Assembly: GCA_937936355.1 (NCBI GenBank)
Contig: CALDDM010000005.1
Coordinates: 10,336-74,335, forward strand
Source: Minisyncoccota bacterium
Lineage (GTDB): Bacteria > Patescibacteriota > Minisyncoccia > Moranbacterales > GCA-2747515
Direction: 5' to 3'
Length of the DNA stretch: 64,000 bases
The position numbers and the translations under genes were made by a program. Under the pieces are notes generated by a model. That model ran no database searches, was not told where the DNA came from, and saw nothing but the letters and a program-made list of their open reading frames with translations. Below, one piece after another: positions 42,366-51,972 of the stretch; the stretch's first letter is position 1; each line of letters starts with the position of its first letter.

Positions 42366-43613
42366 CTACAGACTTTTCCACGTAGCACTCCGATCCACGT
42401 CTATAACGTGGAGCCATATCTGTCCTGGGACAAAGCGAATCTTCTCACCGTTTGTATGATAAAAATCGAATTGCGCTGAAGCACTCTTTTGCTTTTTCCA
42501 GCTTCCCTCGAAGGCCTCTCCATCCATGTAAAAGGTAGCAGGCCCGCCAAAGTTAGTATCAAACCATGGATCACCTAATGCAAAATTTGGATATGCTCCA
42601 GAAGCGCTATCTCTCTGCTGCGCATCAATACCGTCCCATGGATTTATAAGACCTCGCGCGAGGTAGCTACCGTTTGCATAAAACGTTCCTTTTTCAGCAC
42701 GAATAACGATGACATTTTTTGGTGCGACACGCTTGCGTATGTTTGCATCGTATTCTTCCCGACCCTCGAAAAACCGTTCATACGCATTACTTTCACGATC
42801 ATACTGATAACGGACACGGAAGCCTTGCTGCAGGTTGATTGATAAATCACCAGTCAATGGACGCTTCGCAAGTGGTGCATCGCCTTGATGCTCGTATCCG
42901 CCAAAATTATTGCTTGTACGATAACCAAGTGTTTTAGCCTGCTGCAATAAACCTACAGCACTTGAGAAAGCACGATCTTCACCTGCGAGTGGCACATCTC
43001 TTGTAGATCGCCGAAAGCATGACTGCGCATTACCACCCGGGTACACCTCTCCATTACAATCAATATGATCTACAACGCCTTTCTTAAGGAGGCTTTTGGA
43101 TGTGCTATCCCCTCCCCATGGTACGTAGATTGCATCAAATGCACTTGCAACGTTTACAAAATCAACCCGACCACTGCGCATCGGGCCCACAAACTGTGGT
43201 CGCTCACAGTCAAATACCCCCATTACGCGGGTTCCTCCATGCGTGTAGCGATGATCCATTTCTACAACAAAAGAAGCTGCAGTAATCCCTGCGAAGTATG
43301 GTCGTGTTTCCACGTCCCCTGAATACACAATTGCAAGTGATCGCTCACTGGCTTGGGCACACGGCTGCCCTGTAATGCGACTTGCATTCCCTGCTTTCAC
43401 ATAGACCTCCTCCACCTCCTCGTCTTCCTGAATGACTTCTTGCTTTTGCTCTGTAGGAGAAACAGAAGGTGCAGAGAGCAATTTCTCACCTGATGACTCC
43501 ACACCTACTTTAGGACGCGCATCTTGACCAAAAAAATAATAAACCCCCACAAAAGCACCTATAAGCAGGAGCGCTAGAAGAAGTCGGATAATCATACCTA
43601 GAGATATTTTCAT
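42366..43613 (-). CDS. DUF3048 (YerB-like) membrane-anchored protein
   Basis: TR..GVF, GPMRSGR, Y.YD...N.Y.R, NVIV and F.PGQIW motifs. Confidence 0.8.
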   Translation of the reverse strand: MKISLGMIIRLLLALLLIGAFVGVYYFFGQDARPKVGVESSGEKLLSAPSVSPTEQKQEVIQEDEEVEEVYVKAGNASRITGQPCAQASERSLAIVYSGDVETRPYFAGITAASFVVEMDHRYTHGGTRVMGVFDCERPQFVGPMRSGRVDFVNVASAFDAIYVPWGGDSTSKSLLKKGVVDHIDCNGEVYPGGNAQSCFRRSTRDVPLAGEDRAFSSAVGLLQQAKTLGYRTSNNFGGYEHQGDAPLAKRPLTGDLSINLQQGFRVRYQYDRESNAYERFFEGREEYDANIRKRVAPKNVIVIRAEKGTFYANGSYLARGLINPWDGIDAQQRDSASGAYPNFALGDPWFDTNFGGPATFYMDGEAFEGSWKKQKSASAQFDFYHTNGEKIRFVPGQIWLHVIDVDRSATWKSL

Positions 43614-43646
43614 AGACTATAGTTTTCTACTAATTGAAGCTATTAT

Positions 43647-44891
43647 TTAGAGCCACCGAAATGTTCGTGATGGCTCAAGTACATGCATCCAAATCTGACC
43701 TGGTACAAATCGTATCTGCTCTCCAGAACCATTGTAAAATTCCAAAGGCGCACGTGGATCTTCGATTGCACGACGCCACGAACCAATGATTTCTTGACCA
43801 TCAACGTAAAAGTGCGCCCATCCACTATTGGACGTGTCAAACCATGCATCACCAAGTTCAAAATTTGCGTAACGACTATCCTCTTCAAAACGCACTGCTT
43901 CAGATAGGCCGGTCCATGGATCACGTAAACCTTCTGCGACATAGTCCCTCTGTGTAGTCAGTGGCTCGTAGGCTGCCTTGAGAACAATCACGTTGCGTGG
44001 AGCAACGCGTCGTCCTGTAATAACATCAAATTCAGGTTCCCCTGCAAAAAATCGTTCGTAACGATTAAATCGCTGATCGTATACGTAGGTCACATCAAAA
44101 CCTTCCTGATACTCAATCTCGAGCACGCCGTCAACAGGTCGTGAATCTCGTGGTCGGTCAGAGCTATGGAGAAAAATTTGCTCCCGTTGCAGTGTCGACG
44201 CATCACGCTCTAGTGTGTATCCTACATCTCTTGCCTGCCCCTGCAAACGCAGTGTGTTTGCAAAAGGTCGCGAGGATGTTGTCCCGTCTAAAGCCTCTAC
44301 ATCATCGCGTACAAAGCATGACTCATCAGAGCCAGCAGGCGCATACAGTCCCGCACAGTCGATATGGTTTTGCACGCCTTCCGTCAAGAGACTGCCAGTA
44401 ATCTGATCTCCTCCAGAAGGAACATAGATTGCATCAAATGAACGTGCAATACTCAGAAAATCTACTCGACCGGAACCAAGTGGACCTACGAGAAATGGTT
44501 TCTCACAATCAAAGACACCCATCAGCTGCGTTGCACCACTTGGGTAGCGGTGCGCCATCTCTACAACAAAGCTTGCATCTGTGATGCCAGCAGTTAGACT
44601 CCGTGAGCTTGGTAGGCCATCGTACATAATTGCGAGTGGTCGCACATTATAATCATCGCACGGCATACCGGTAATGCCGCTAGCTGTGGCCCCTGGTACA
44701 TATGGACGATTTGCAAGGAGGTCTGCATCATCATCAAAAAGCCCATCCGCATCTGATAGGTTAAGCGATGCTGCGCGGTTGTCTTGTAACCAAAAAATTG
44801 CACCCACCATCAGAAAAAGGCTGATCGCCAAGAGTGACAGTGAGATTGATCGAGGATTGTTTCGAAAAAATTGAATCACCATTGATTCCAT
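43647..44891 (-). CDS. DUF3048 (YerB-like) protein, tandem paralog
   Basis: Colinear similarity to the neighbour (ITDASFVVEM, GVFDCE, SGRVDF, IRFVPGQIW). Confidence 0.8.
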   Translation of the reverse strand: MESMVIQFFRNNPRSISLSLLAISLFLMVGAIFWLQDNRAASLNLSDADGLFDDDADLLANRPYVPGATASGITGMPCDDYNVRPLAIMYDGLPSSRSLTAGITDASFVVEMAHRYPSGATQLMGVFDCEKPFLVGPLGSGRVDFLSIARSFDAIYVPSGGDQITGSLLTEGVQNHIDCAGLYAPAGSDESCFVRDDVEALDGTTSSRPFANTLRLQGQARDVGYTLERDASTLQREQIFLHSSDRPRDSRPVDGVLEIEYQEGFDVTYVYDQRFNRYERFFAGEPEFDVITGRRVAPRNVIVLKAAYEPLTTQRDYVAEGLRDPWTGLSEAVRFEEDSRYANFELGDAWFDTSNSGWAHFYVDGQEIIGSWRRAIEDPRAPLEFYNGSGEQIRFVPGQIWMHVLEPSRTFRWL

Positions 44892-44957
44892 AGTACCCTA
44901 TTTTATAGGCAAACCATATTTGTTTGAACTCCTTTTATTATACATTATAATAAGCTA

Positions 44958-46124
44958 ATGCAGAGCAAACACATCATACTCGTCGGTGGAGGGCATACAC
45001 ATGTCTTGACAGTGAACGCTTTGAAAAAAAATCTACCCCCTCATGTAACTGTTACTCTCATCGAGCCGCAAACAGAGGTTCCTTACACTGGCATGCTGCC
45101 TGGGCTCATTGCAGGCCATTACACATCACATGATATTTCTATAAATATGCGTGATCTCTGTGGCACAGACACGAAAATCACCCATATACAAGATCGCGTT
45201 GTTGCAGTGCGCCCACACGAAAATAGCATCGTACTTGCCTCTGGGCAGTCACTTCGCTATGATGCCGCATCGTTTGATATCGGCATCCACACAGAAGCAT
45301 CATCCATCAAAGGATTTACTGATCATGCTACACCAGTCAAGCCACTTGGAGAATTTGCAAGAACGTGGCAGCAATATGTTGCGCGTAGCAATGAGTCTGT
45401 CGGCACAAAAAATCATTATATAGCAATTATCGGTGGTGGGCTCGCAGGTGTCGAAACTGCCCTTGCTATGGCACATAGAATTCATACCCCTCCACTCGCG
45501 TCGCACGACCCACATACAGATTCATCACACATCACTCTTATCGATCAAGGGAGGATTCTCTCCACACTCGGTCAAAGAGCACGAAAATTTCTCCTGGAGG
45601 AACTGCAACGCTACAACATCCACATATATGAAAATGTTGCGGTTTCACAAATCACCCGCACACATGTACACCTTGAGACGAATAAAAAAATTCCTGCTCA
45701 TTTCGTCCTCGGAGCAACAGGGGCTCAGCCATACACATGGCTCAGAGAAACCAACATACCTCTTGAGGAAGGTTTTATCAGTGTAAATGAACACCTCCAG
45801 AGTACGGGCTTTGAAAATATTTTTGCCACAGGTGATTGCACCTCTTTTATCGCGAAACCCCTTCCAAAGGCAGGTGTTTATGCAGTGCGTCAAGCACCAA
45901 CCCTTACACATAACCTCCTTTGCACGCTACAGCAAAAGCCATTGAAAATCTTCACACCACAAAAGCACTACCTCAAACTCATCTCCCTCGGAGAAAAAAG
46001 AGCGTGCGCAGATAAGTGGGGACTCTGTGTTCATGGAAAACCTTTGTGGTTCCTTAAAGACTTTATTGATCGGCAATTTGTCTCGCAGTTCACCGATCAA
46101 AAACAGGATCAAAAAAACCTCTGA
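44958..46124 (+). CDS. FAD-dependent oxidoreductase (family found N-terminal to SelD; NDH-2/SQR-like fold)
   Basis: LVGGGHTH, YTGMLPG..AG.Y, PVKP, GGG.AGVE, PKAGVYAVRQ and KD.IDR.F motifs. Confidence 0.85.
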   Translation: MQSKHIILVGGGHTHVLTVNALKKNLPPHVTVTLIEPQTEVPYTGMLPGLIAGHYTSHDISINMRDLCGTDTKITHIQDRVVAVRPHENSIVLASGQSLRYDAASFDIGIHTEASSIKGFTDHATPVKPLGEFARTWQQYVARSNESVGTKNHYIAIIGGGLAGVETALAMAHRIHTPPLASHDPHTDSSHITLIDQGRILSTLGQRARKFLLEELQRYNIHIYENVAVSQITRTHVHLETNKKIPAHFVLGATGAQPYTWLRETNIPLEEGFISVNEHLQSTGFENIFATGDCTSFIAKPLPKAGVYAVRQAPTLTHNLLCTLQQKPLKIFTPQKHYLKLISLGEKRACADKWGLCVHGKPLWFLKDFIDRQFVSQFTDQKQDQKNL

Positions 46125-46193
46125 TCACATCTCAGAGGTTTTTTCTTCTTAAACATGGCAATTCCCAATCTTGTATACGACTACACGTGGCAT

Positions 46194-46928
46194 CTAGTTG
46201 CCAAGTGCTTGCTCAATGAGGGCTGTTAGCTGCGCCTCAGGTACCGCACCGTTGACTGGGATTTTTTCATCTCCTGCAAGGATTACGCTGTATGGTGTTC
46301 CCTGTCCACCTGCACGCTGTGCCTGCGCAAGCTGATCTTTGACCTTTTCAGCCATTTTTGGATCTTTACGGCACTCTTCAAATGCAGCAGCGTTAATACC
46401 TAGCTTCGTTGCTTCTGCAGTCACCTCATCAGCAGCTTGTGAGATAAAAAGCTCGTCGAGATAGCTCCAGAAAGCATCATTACCAGCAAGCTTGCCGACG
46501 CATTCAGTTGCAATTGCCTTTGCCTCAGCCTCTGGATGAAGCTGTGCGAGTGGCAAGTGTCGATACACCCAGTTAATCTGACCGTCGTACTTCTCTAATG
46601 CTGTCTTCATTGTGTCATGAAAGCGACCGCAAAAAGGGCAGTCGATATCTGAAAACTCTATCACGCTGACTTTGGCATTACGATCGCCCCGTACCCAATC
46701 GTCTTTTGTCACATCTTCTACAACGATCTCTTGTGGCTCTGCCTCAGCAGGAGGATACGCACCACCCGGCTCTCCAGCAACTCCAGCCGGTGCTCCACCA
46801 CCCGCTACACGTGCAGACTCTCCTATTGCTACCTTACCCATTGCCATGCCGATAAAAAGTCCGAGGAAAACTGTTGCAAATGCAGTCATCGCTCCTAACC
46901 AGAAAACCTGATTACTGAGAATTTTCAT
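46194..46928 (-). CDS. DsbA/BdbD family thiol-disulfide oxidoreductase
   Basis: TM anchor; EFSD..CPFC, YRHLPL..LH and GTP motifs. Confidence 0.9.
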   Translation of the reverse strand: MKILSNQVFWLGAMTAFATVFLGLFIGMAMGKVAIGESARVAGGGAPAGVAGEPGGAYPPAEAEPQEIVVEDVTKDDWVRGDRNAKVSVIEFSDIDCPFCGRFHDTMKTALEKYDGQINWVYRHLPLAQLHPEAEAKAIATECVGKLAGNDAFWSYLDELFISQAADEVTAEATKLGINAAAFEECRKDPKMAEKVKDQLAQAQRAGGQGTPYSVILAGDEKIPVNGAVPEAQLTALIEQALGN

Positions 46929-47127
46929 ATATCCTTATGTCATGAATTATTTACGTTACGTCATTATATCAAACACTTTAAAAAATTGTCAAACAGACTT
47001 TACATATTAAAGATTTTATCTTTTTATAGTTTTCATGGTCTATGGTATTATTATGAACATATTATAATTATCTTTGCTTGACTTAGTGTTGCGTAGCATC
47101 ATAAGTCTAATGCTACCACTATATATC

Positions 47128-47910
47128 ATGAATCTTTTTTCACTACTCGACAGCATTACAGAAAAAGAAAAAGGTGCTGCGATCGACGATCTTATCAGCG
47201 ACTCTTCACCTAATGCGCCGTTCTTTTTTCTCGTGATTCTTTCTACCGTTATGGCGACACTCGGGATCATTGCAGAAAATGCATCTGTCGTCATCGGATC
47301 AATGCTGATAGCACCGATCCTCTCACCAATCCTCTCATTGTCGCTTGGAACAGTTATGTCAGATAGCAAGCTCATGAAATGGTCTGCCGTTACGATCATC
47401 AAATCAACACTCTTTGCACTTGGATCTGCTGGTGTTGCTACACTCTTTTTTTCTAAAGGATTCAATGTCACAGAAAGTAATGTGGAAATTGCATCTCGCA
47501 TCCAGCCAGAGATCATCTACCTGATGATCGCGATTGTTGCTGGTGCTGCAACTGCATATGCACGTGTCAAATCTGAGCTCAACGAAGCCCTCCCAGGCAC
47601 AGCAATCGCAGTGGCACTTGTACCCCCACTTGCAGTTTCTGGCATCGGCATCGCTACCCTCAACCCCATCATAGCTGTCGGTGCATTACAGATGTTTGCA
47701 CTGAACCTCATTGGAATTGTTGTTGCATCGATGGTCATGTTCTCACTCATGAACCTCTACCCCAAGAGGGGCATGGCAGAGCGTGCACAGGAAAGAGAGG
47801 ACCGCAAGCTAGAGCGCGAGAAAGCCAAGGCAGAGAAAGCCAAAGAAGAAGACGAGAAAAAGAAGGTAAAGAAAACGAAAAAGACGACGAAGACTACAAA
47901 GAAAAAATAG
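47128..47910 (+). CDS. DUF389 / TIGR00341 membrane protein
   Basis: VVIGSMLIAP, EI.SR..P and PG.AIAVALVPPL motifs; Lys/Glu-rich tail. Confidence 0.88.
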   Translation: MNLFSLLDSITEKEKGAAIDDLISDSSPNAPFFFLVILSTVMATLGIIAENASVVIGSMLIAPILSPILSLSLGTVMSDSKLMKWSAVTIIKSTLFALGSAGVATLFFSKGFNVTESNVEIASRIQPEIIYLMIAIVAGAATAYARVKSELNEALPGTAIAVALVPPLAVSGIGIATLNPIIAVGALQMFALNLIGIVVASMVMFSLMNLYPKRGMAERAQEREDRKLEREKAKAEKAKEEDEKKKVKKTKKTTKTTKKK

Positions 47911-47965
47911 ACCCACCAAAAACTGCCTACACTTATATATAGGCAGTTTTTTTGATATAAAAAAA

Positions 47966-47992
47966 CTCCTACCCCGCTATGCGGGATAGGAG
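47966..47992. repeat. 27-bp hairpin/terminator, copy 1
   Basis: CTCCTACCCCGCTATGCGGGATAGGAG, identical to 51279..51305. Confidence 0.9.
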
Positions 47993-48005
47993 CAACTTGC
48001 CCCCT

Positions 48006-50138
48006 CTACTCGAGGCGCCACACCTCTGATCCACTTTCGATCGTCTTTGCATCGACATAGATGTGCTCTTTTGTGGGAAGTATCGTATTTGCTTTGGTGA
48101 TCACTTCATCTCCAAAGTCAACTGTCACCACCTCGTTTCCTGAGATGCGTAGCAGATCATTATTTACTGCAACATACAACACCTCTTTCCACTCCGTGAG
48201 AGCGCGAAAGTTTGTAGCTGAATTTAAAAGACCTACAATCTCGGTCGTGCCACCTCGCAAAACATGGAGCGTCCCAATACCATCAAGTTGATTATAGCTT
48301 GGCATATAGACATCGCTACCAACGTTCATCGCAGATGATATGAGAGCCCTACTGTCTTGTGTGAAGTTCTTGCTTTTGCTGGGATTGTTGATATCATAGA
48401 TTGTCATGCCAAACTTGCCATACAAGAACAATCGCTCCCCTGCTAGAACCATGCGATTAGTCAAAGGCGCAAGATCTCTCAAGTACCGTGAGTGCGTACC
48501 GTCTGTCCACCACAATTCACTATGACCACTCACTCCATTAAACGTACTCAGTGTGAAGTAGATCCTGCCATTATAAATCACAAAGGCATCGATCGTACTA
48601 GCAAATGAACCAACACTACCGTCAAGTGGCAGAATCCTTGCCTGACTTAGTGAGGTGCGATCAATAAAAAAGAGCGACCTACCATAATCATCTAAGGATG
48701 AGCGCACAACGATCTGATCTCCATACAACGAGATGTCAGTAGTTGGCACAAACTGAATCGGTGATATGTCATCGAGTGGTCTCATAGTAAATATCTGACC
48801 GAAACCACTTGGCACATACAGACTCTTACCTCCAGTATGTAGCGCAATTGCAATTAACTGATCGTCGACAACCTGTAGCGACTCAATACCTTGAACGATA
48901 CCTTGCAATGCATGCGTAGAAAGAAATGCCTGAGTAACCTGACTGCCAAATATACGGTAGACACTGCGGAATCCATTGTCACCAGCAAGGAAAAAAATGC
49001 CTTCTGTGGTCTCAACTATATCTCCTACATTTTCCAAGCCGATTGACGAAGCCCAGATGTTTGGATTCTGCGCTTCACCGGTCAGAAATGACTGATCGAC
49101 AACATAGCCCTGAAACGACAATACTCCTCCACGCGATGCGCTCATCACCACCTCACTTCCTATTTCTACAACCTGACGCGTGCGAGCATCATCAAATAGA
49201 AAGTCTGTCATCTTCTGCGGTGTTGGAGCATCTCCATACCCTGCGACGGCAAAGATGTCATCGACGATACTGTCCCTCAACTCAGGTATCTGCATATACC
49301 GCTTAAACCCGTGACAATAGACCGACTTCAATACTGTGAATGACGTTGCATCATCACATGCCCCACCACCCGTTACAGGCGTATTGGCGGGCAGCCCATC
49401 TGGTATTGCCTTAATCACATCACGGTAATTCGTTGTATACCGTTTTTGTGTAGCAATATCAAACGATGGCTCTATCCGGTCACTGGGAACAGCCACGCCG
49501 ACAAGTCCCAAGATATTCGAAATCTCGTTGCCTGCATAGGCCAGATACAGGGCATTACCAAGCCAATTGCCCTGCGAATGATCCACAAGAATCACTTTTT
49601 GTGCACCATGAACACCTACTAGTTCAGAGATCGCTGGTAAATATGCAGATACAAAAGCATCAATCTGTAAATCTGCTTCTGTTGTCGAGATGATTCTGTC
49701 AGAAATTTTTATACCAAAGACTTCTGCAACATCAGGTGTTATAAATGCATCCACAGTCTCTTCAAAGGTATCCGCGACCTTCACCACGAATCGCCATAGC
49801 GGATTCCATTGCTCTTGCTGAATCCCGAGCTCCACAGACTCAATGAGGTCATTAGCTAAACCGTATGAGTCGTTATAGAACTGAGAAACGAAGAAGCATT
49901 GCTCATTCAAACTAAGTGAACGAACTCGACTAGCAATAATCGATTCCAAAAAGTATCTTGATTTCTGCGTCTCCTCGTCAGATGTTGTGATGCCATTTAC
50001 AAAAATTACTGCAACCCTTTGCTCGTCGCAAGATCCAAATGGATCAGTAAATGACAAGTCTTGCGCATATAACGCTTTACTACTCAACAATCCAATAACC
50101 AAGTAAAAAAATACACCAAACAGTTGCATATTTTTCAC
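48006..50138 (-). CDS. secreted protein: alpha/beta-hydrolase-like N-domain plus ELWxxDGT-like beta-propeller
   Basis: Signal peptide; IFVNGITT, DHSQGN nucleophile-elbow-like motif, downstream D and H (RDVI, CHGF); ELWWTDGT and SGSEVW. Confidence 0.65.
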   Translation of the reverse strand: MKNMQLFGVFFYLVIGLLSSKALYAQDLSFTDPFGSCDEQRVAVIFVNGITTSDEETQKSRYFLESIIASRVRSLSLNEQCFFVSQFYNDSYGLANDLIESVELGIQQEQWNPLWRFVVKVADTFEETVDAFITPDVAEVFGIKISDRIISTTEADLQIDAFVSAYLPAISELVGVHGAQKVILVDHSQGNWLGNALYLAYAGNEISNILGLVGVAVPSDRIEPSFDIATQKRYTTNYRDVIKAIPDGLPANTPVTGGGACDDATSFTVLKSVYCHGFKRYMQIPELRDSIVDDIFAVAGYGDAPTPQKMTDFLFDDARTRQVVEIGSEVVMSASRGGVLSFQGYVVDQSFLTGEAQNPNIWASSIGLENVGDIVETTEGIFFLAGDNGFRSVYRIFGSQVTQAFLSTHALQGIVQGIESLQVVDDQLIAIALHTGGKSLYVPSGFGQIFTMRPLDDISPIQFVPTTDISLYGDQIVVRSSLDDYGRSLFFIDRTSLSQARILPLDGSVGSFASTIDAFVIYNGRIYFTLSTFNGVSGHSELWWTDGTHSRYLRDLAPLTNRMVLAGERLFLYGKFGMTIYDINNPSKSKNFTQDSRALISSAMNVGSDVYMPSYNQLDGIGTLHVLRGGTTEIVGLLNSATNFRALTEWKEVLYVAVNNDLLRISGNEVVTVDFGDEVITKANTILPTKEHIYVDAKTIESGSEVWRLE

Positions 50139-50189
50139 GTTCCTTCTCCTCTAATTTCTGTGTGTAGAATGTGCAATCTATAAGAGAGC

Positions 50190-51101
50190 CTATAAATCAC
50201 TCAGGTTAAATGTACAAAACCGCCCTCGATCTTCAAGCCTTGCATCTGGCCGCCCCCTAAATGGGAATGCCTCCTCCATGCGAGCGCCAGCCTCCAGCCT
50301 ACCTTTGCCGCGTGCACGACTCTGCCCAAAAAAGGCCGCTTCTATTTCCCTGCTAATATCATGTGACTCCCAAATATCTATACCCTCAACCACTTGAGTT
50401 GTGTAATCCAGACATCTATTTGACTCACTCATAGCATCAAAAACTTCTACCAACTTCTCCGGCTCGGCATCAAGATTACGAACAACATCTTGCATTGCCA
50501 TCACCATTTGCACTGCTGCCTGTCGGACAACTGTGGACCCATCAGCAGATGCAGCAGCCTCTTGCACGATCAGCTCCGCATCATCCCAAATCCCATTGCC
50601 ATCACTGTCGATTGCAGCCATTTCAGGATCAAGGTCTGCATCAGGATTTCGTCCACTACCACCTATTGTCAACACAAGTGGTATACGGCCAATCTCATCA
50701 TCACATGTCTCACTTTCTTTTTTGCATATGAGCAGATTGCCCTCCACAATTTCTGACTCAGCACCATCGGAGATGCCTAGGTCTATAACTATGTTCCTAT
50801 ACCGCGTACCAGGACCCTGCGACTGAGCATTATGCAACCTTACATCTGTCACATAGGACTCAAGAGCCCCTATAACTCTCATAAATCTACCTTGCGGCAC
50901 TTGATCTCTGAGTACTTGCACGATGATTTGAACATCCTCGCCACGACTTCCCTCTGAAGTTACTCGATCAACTTGTATTTCATCGAGAAAAAAATCGATT
51001 GCCTCTACATTTTTATTACTTCCAGCAATAGAGATCGTACTTGCGACGAGCGCAAATAATCCTACAGCCAGTGAAATGAGCATTGCCTTTTTTGATTTCA
51101 T
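50190..51101 (-). CDS. secreted acidic protein with DxDxNGxxDD Ca-loop and helical C-domain
   Basis: Signal peptide; AIDSDGNGIWDDAE; AGGAG SD; directly upstream of the hydrolase-like gene. Confidence 0.65.
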   Translation of the reverse strand: MKSKKAMLISLAVGLFALVASTISIAGSNKNVEAIDFFLDEIQVDRVTSEGSRGEDVQIIVQVLRDQVPQGRFMRVIGALESYVTDVRLHNAQSQGPGTRYRNIVIDLGISDGAESEIVEGNLLICKKESETCDDEIGRIPLVLTIGGSGRNPDADLDPEMAAIDSDGNGIWDDAELIVQEAAASADGSTVVRQAAVQMVMAMQDVVRNLDAEPEKLVEVFDAMSESNRCLDYTTQVVEGIDIWESHDISREIEAAFFGQSRARGKGRLEAGARMEEAFPFRGRPDARLEDRGRFCTFNLSDL

Positions 51102-51278
51102 GATATGTCTCCTGTTGAGTTTATACTGTCATTATACAGCAACTTTTACTCCTTACATTTTTTAAATGTACTACACTGTTGAAAAAATCAACTAATAACG
51201 GTATCAACTTTAGATACTTATGTCAAATGAGCTTATTTGAAAATGCACGGGGGAAATTCTTTTTTCATATTTAAAAAT

Positions 51279-51305
51279 CTCCTACCCCGCTATGCGGGAT
51301 AGGAG
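51279..51305. repeat. 27-bp hairpin/terminator, copy 2
   Basis: Identical direct repeat of 47966..47992. Confidence 0.9.
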
Positions 51306-51341
51306 TTGCATGTCTTTTGAGACGTACGTATTTCAGCATTG

Positions 51342-51770
51342 TTATATTTTTTTTACTTTGTCTGAAACTCTTTGACTGAATTCAGGTCGAGCTCGATCTG
51401 TAGCAGACTTCACTGCAGCATCATCATCCTGATCTTGATCCTCATCTGTCTGATCAGATTTTTCTGCGTCCTGCTTTTCGGTCGGTGGATGTTGTGAAGG
51501 ATTGTTGTTTTGCTCTATAAACTGTGCACGTATGCGTGCGATTACTTCATCAATCGCATCACTTGACAGCTTGCCGCTTTTTGAAAGCACCTCTCGTTTC
51601 AAGACGAGATGTCTTTCTTGCTCGTCGGTGAGTGTATCGTCTTTTGGTGAAGGCTCATCTTGATTGTCTTGCTTACCTTGCTCACTTTTTTTGCTCCCTT
51701 GATATAAGGTGTACGCGGCAACCGCAGCAACTGCACCAAACGCTAAAACTCTCGCTAATAACACGGTCAT
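51342..51770 (-). CDS. orphan protein with N-terminal TM
   Basis: AGGAG SD; promoter TTTACA-17-TATAAT. Confidence 0.7.
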   Translation of the reverse strand: MTVLLARVLAFGAVAAVAAYTLYQGSKKSEQGKQDNQDEPSPKDDTLTDEQERHLVLKREVLSKSGKLSSDAIDEVIARIRAQFIEQNNNPSQHPPTEKQDAEKSDQTDEDQDQDDDAAVKSATDRARPEFSQRVSDKVKKI

Positions 51771-51972
51771 TTATTGACTCCTTTTGTGTCGACATATATA
51801 TTATACATCATTACTGGTATATTGTAAAATTTTCTATTATTTGTGTATGATATTTATCCTTCCCCAATTTTTGCGCAACGATGATTATATTGTTCCTTGA
51901 AAAAAAGAAGCTCGCTTCAGAAGTTTTACCTTCTTCCACGAGCTTGCTCTCAGATGAGAGTCGAACTATTAT

